This document shows positions 60,601 through 64,000 of a DNA stretch of 64,000 nucleotides, piece after piece (the first letter of the stretch is position 1; each line of letters opens with the position of its first letter). Location of the stretch: the NCBI RefSeq assembly GCF_018977255.1, contig NW_024704748.1:27032001-27096000 (forward strand), in the 5' to 3' direction. The DNA comes from Callorhinchus milii (Eukaryota). A program made the translations under genes and the position numbers. The notes under the pieces were generated by a model. It was given only the letters and a program-made list of their open reading frames with translations, was not told the origin of the DNA and ran no database searches.

Positions 60601-63600
60601 TTGCAGTATTATTTGAGTCTTGTTCATGTCCAGAATTACTGATCTTTGAGATCCAGGTTTTACTCTAGAATGTTCTTCCCAGTTTGCTGTGCATGGTTTA
60701 GTTTTTCTGTAGTAAAACAAAATATTCTTGTATTATGGTAAATTGTGCGTTACAGCAAAAGTAAGTAGTGTGAATGATATTTTGGGAGATATTAGAATGT
60801 AGCTGCCTTAATGTAAAGGCTATCATTTCCATTATATTGCCTAAATGCTACATCCGGTGTTTACTATTACTGATCATTATAATTTCCGAGATTTAATTTA
60901 TAATTTGTAACCTCCTAGACTAAGATAATTTGGAAATTATCTTAAAAAAATTTAATTATAATTACTCAGCTTCTACCAAGCATTTTCTTCAGGCCTGATG
61001 TTTATAGGCTGCCTAGAGTTGAGATGTTTTGGATCTTGTTGTCCCTTACGCCCCATGGACAGTGCATGGAGCTGAGCTGAGTGCTGTATTCCTCATTCTC
61101 AGAGTTACTGGATTGGCATGGCCTGGATAGGTAGTGCAGTGTTCCTGGTACCTGCCATCCACCAACTGAGGGCTCAAACACACACGTGTCGGATGCCAAA
61201 TGACCAACTTATGACTATCCTCCTGGGGGGGGAGGGAAAGTAAGTGGTGTCTCCTTGGAACTGAACTGACTCCAAGGTGATATATTTGGCAACGGAATGT
61301 CAGAATCGAGCCAACACTTTGTGGAACTCTTAAACATGGTGATGTGTTTCCACATGTGTCAGACTCCCAGCTAATCAATAAAAATCTCAGATAGGTAGCA
61401 CAACATTTCTGCTCTAGCTGTTCAACAGGGTAAGGGAGCGGGGAGACGGAAAGACATTGTGAAATTTTTATACCTATCTCTCATGATAATGAGGAAATAG
61501 GGGCAATTCAGTAAGTGTAATTTCCTCCAGTGAAACAACCCTATAAATTACCAGGAAAGACAGTGATTACTGAAGACTGGGTCAATTCACCCAGATGTTG
61601 GAAGTTGTGAATAATGGTCATTATGGTGTGGAATGCCTGCGATTGTCTTGTCTGCCTGTCATTTTCCAGGCATAAATTAAATAGGTGTTTTTTAATGGTA
61701 ATTAAAGCTGAAAAGGTAAGGCTTTCATGAAGACAAAAAAAATACTGTGGCATCCTGTAGCTCAGTAGCTAGAGCGCTCACCTCACAAGCGAGAGACCTG
61801 GGTTCAATTCTTGGGCAGGGCGAAACGTTGGGCAAGTTTCCTTACTCCACACGCCTGTTTTATAGCAATAAGTAGGAACCCAGTTGTTAGTCAATTGGTG
61901 GATCGCTTTTCCAGGGCTAATAATCCCTTCAAAAAGAAATTGGTCACCCAATCCACAATTGTGTGCAATTGGCTGTCGCATTTCACCCACAAACTATACA
62001 GTCAATTCACTTAACAGTATATTCTGTGAAGTGTTTTGAGACGTCTCAAAGACGTGATAAGGCACTATAATCAAATATAATAATTATTATTATTATTACA
62101 TGACCAGCCCAGCTTGTTTTGATTTAGTATTCTGCTGACGTAAACAGGTTGGTTACCAAATCAGTTCAATTTGTTGCTGATCAACAATAAGGAGCAAAAT
62201 TAAACTGATTTAATGAAAATCATCAGTTTAAAAATCGAGGAGGAATAAAGACAGAAATAATAATTATCCTTGCATTTGATAGAGCGGTTTATCACATCTT
62301 CGAGACATCTCAAAGCACTTCACAGAATATGCTGTAAACTGAATTGACTGTTTTTTGGGGCGAAATGTGGTAGCATTTAATAGTAAGATCTCGAGTGCAC
62401 AGCAGTGTCGCACAAACAGTCATGGATTGAGTGACCAAATTATTATTATTTTTTGATGGGCTTATTACCTCCAGAAAGTGATTCGCCAATCGACTAACAG
62501 CCGGATTCCTACTTACTGCTAGGTAAACAGAGGCTTGCAGAATAAGGAAACTTGCCTAACGTTTTGCCTTTCCTCAGAATCAAACCCGGGTCCTCTTGGT
62601 TGCAAGTTGGACGCGCTAACCACTACCCTACAGGACTCTACAAAAAGAAACTAAGTTAAGGTTTAGAAGTGTGAAATGAAGAGACAGTATTGTTAATGCA
62701 TAGAAAACTACAATACAGAAGTGGGGGGACGCTGCATTGCCAGAGGTAAGCGCTTTGAGATGGATAAGGCCAATGACCGTTTGGAAAGAAATTTAAGATC
62801 TCGAGACATAATAGGAAAGAGAAGGAAATTTCTTTTGTTGCCCCAGCCAACAATCCTACACATTAATCAGTGGTTTATTTGAGTTTTGGTTATTGCGGGT
62901 GCCCTATTTCCCCCTCATTCTCTTCTTCCCCTCTATAATGCCTCTTTTCCTTTATGCCTTTATTCGGGAGCAGGGTTGAATCCAGGCTGTGGAATTTGCC
63001 ATGAGCATTGCAAATGATGGTGAACTCAGTTGAAACCAATCTCCTGTTTCCTATGGCTATGTGATAAACGCCTCGTTCCTTACAGTGTAAGAATCTCTTG
63101 TAATTGCTCAGTTGGTTAAGCCACTGGGCAAGGTGAAACAGCTGCATAGAGCAGGATCCCAGTTCAAACTCCAGTTTGGGTAGAGTTTGCAGATTCTGAA
63201 CATGCATAGAATCATACTACAACACAGAAGGTGGAAATTCCCACTGGTCGCCTTAATATACGCTTTAATATTCCTCCTTTTTCTCCACTTCCCTTTCAAA
63301 TGTTGTTCTGGTTTGAGCTTCAACAGCCACTTGTGGCAAAAACATTCTACATTTTGCTCAATGACTGTGCTGCCATGTTTCACCCACAAAATACACAACC
63401 ACTCCATTTCATAGTAATTCCTGTTAAGCGCTTTGAGACGTCCTTCTGACGTGGTAAGGTGCTGTACCAAATGCAAGGATTATTATTAGAAATAATCCTC
63501 AGGATGAAAAGCTTCTGAATCCTTTCAGTACCAATCCTGAGCCTGCACCCCGTGTTGACAATTTCCCAGCCGTCAAGAATAATCTTGCACCATTTTTTCT

Positions 63601-63904
63601 CTCCTTTAAGAAGTCTGCAAAACTGCAGGATTCCCCTCCTAACATTCTCTGTTGCAGTGGAAAACAGCTCCTGTTTTGCTGTACATTTAATGTGCTGCAC
63701 ACCTACAGAATGCCTTGTTAATTCCAGTTCTGTGCTTGGTGGTGTAATTATATCCGTAATGGCTGATGTTTTAAACTGTTGCCTGGAAACACTCGTTTAT
63801 GTTCAGTTTGTCGTAAATTTTCTTTCTTTTTGCACAAGGCTTTGAAAGCATTTTGGAAAGGCTCTTTGGGCCTGGACTCCTGAAAGATATCACGCAGTTT
63901 GAAG
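57362..63904 (+). CDS. LCOR: Ligand-dependent corepressor (LCOR/LCORL family), first two coding exons; gene continues beyond the window
   Basis: Exon 57362-57458 reads MARRCDSQQCSLDGRGFGQELGSWRLQPVHCV-G|gtaag and exon 63839-63904 reads (G)[21 protein letters not shown]|gtac; phases match. This resembles the LCORL N-terminus ([31 protein letters not shown]). LCOR rather than LCORL is inferred from linkage to EXOSC1/ZDHHC16/MMS19 (human 10q24). Confidence 0.82.
58520..58835. promoter_or_regulatory. Second CpG-rich promoter-like element inside LCOR intron 1
   Basis: CCAAT at 58594, 58642 and 58708, ATTGG 58523, E-box CACGTG 58761, reverse ZNF143 motif GCTGCTGGGAGTTGTAGTC 58781-58799, and ETS-like ACTTCCTG ~58823. 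Confidence 0.6.
61746..62098 (+). mobile_element. Full-length SINE
   Basis: Head, core and tail present. Confidence 0.82.
62258..62641 (-). mobile_element. Full-length SINE, inverted relative to the 61746 copy
   Basis: Head, core and tail present on the - strand. Confidence 0.8.
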
Positions 63905-64000
63905 GTACGGTATTTCTTTTATTTCTAGGGTTGCTACAACAATAACAACTTGCAGTTACACAGCGCCGTTCGTGTGGGGTAGCATCCCGGAGTGCTGGAG

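Overview
Vertebrate genomic DNA from a cartilaginous fish, most likely a chimaera (holocephalan); this is inferred from the repeat content: tRNA-headed Deu-domain SINE with an L2-type tail, L2 and CR1 3' fragments, and a shark-type tandem repeat. By manual splicing, the gene order is: UBTD1 first coding exon (-), complete 31-exon MMS19 (+, one apparent 1-nt frameshift), complete 9-coding-exon ZDHHC16 (-), a 25-N gap, a near-identical second copy of the last four ZDHHC16 exons, a 54-bp tandem array inside a ~100-bp inverted repeat, an orphan CpG/ZNF143 promoter, complete 8-exon EXOSC1 (-), and the first two coding exons of LCOR with an LCORL-like N-terminus (+). ZDHHC16 and EXOSC1 each contain one U12-type intron. 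I found no convincing new biological system. The best leads are a young SINE subfamily carrying the L2 recognition loop, a SINE inserted into an MMS19 splice donor, the inverted-repeat-bounded array, and the ZDHHC16 partial duplicate, which may be an assembly artefact. Gene identities come from remembered protein sequences, not database searches, and repeat boundaries are approximate.
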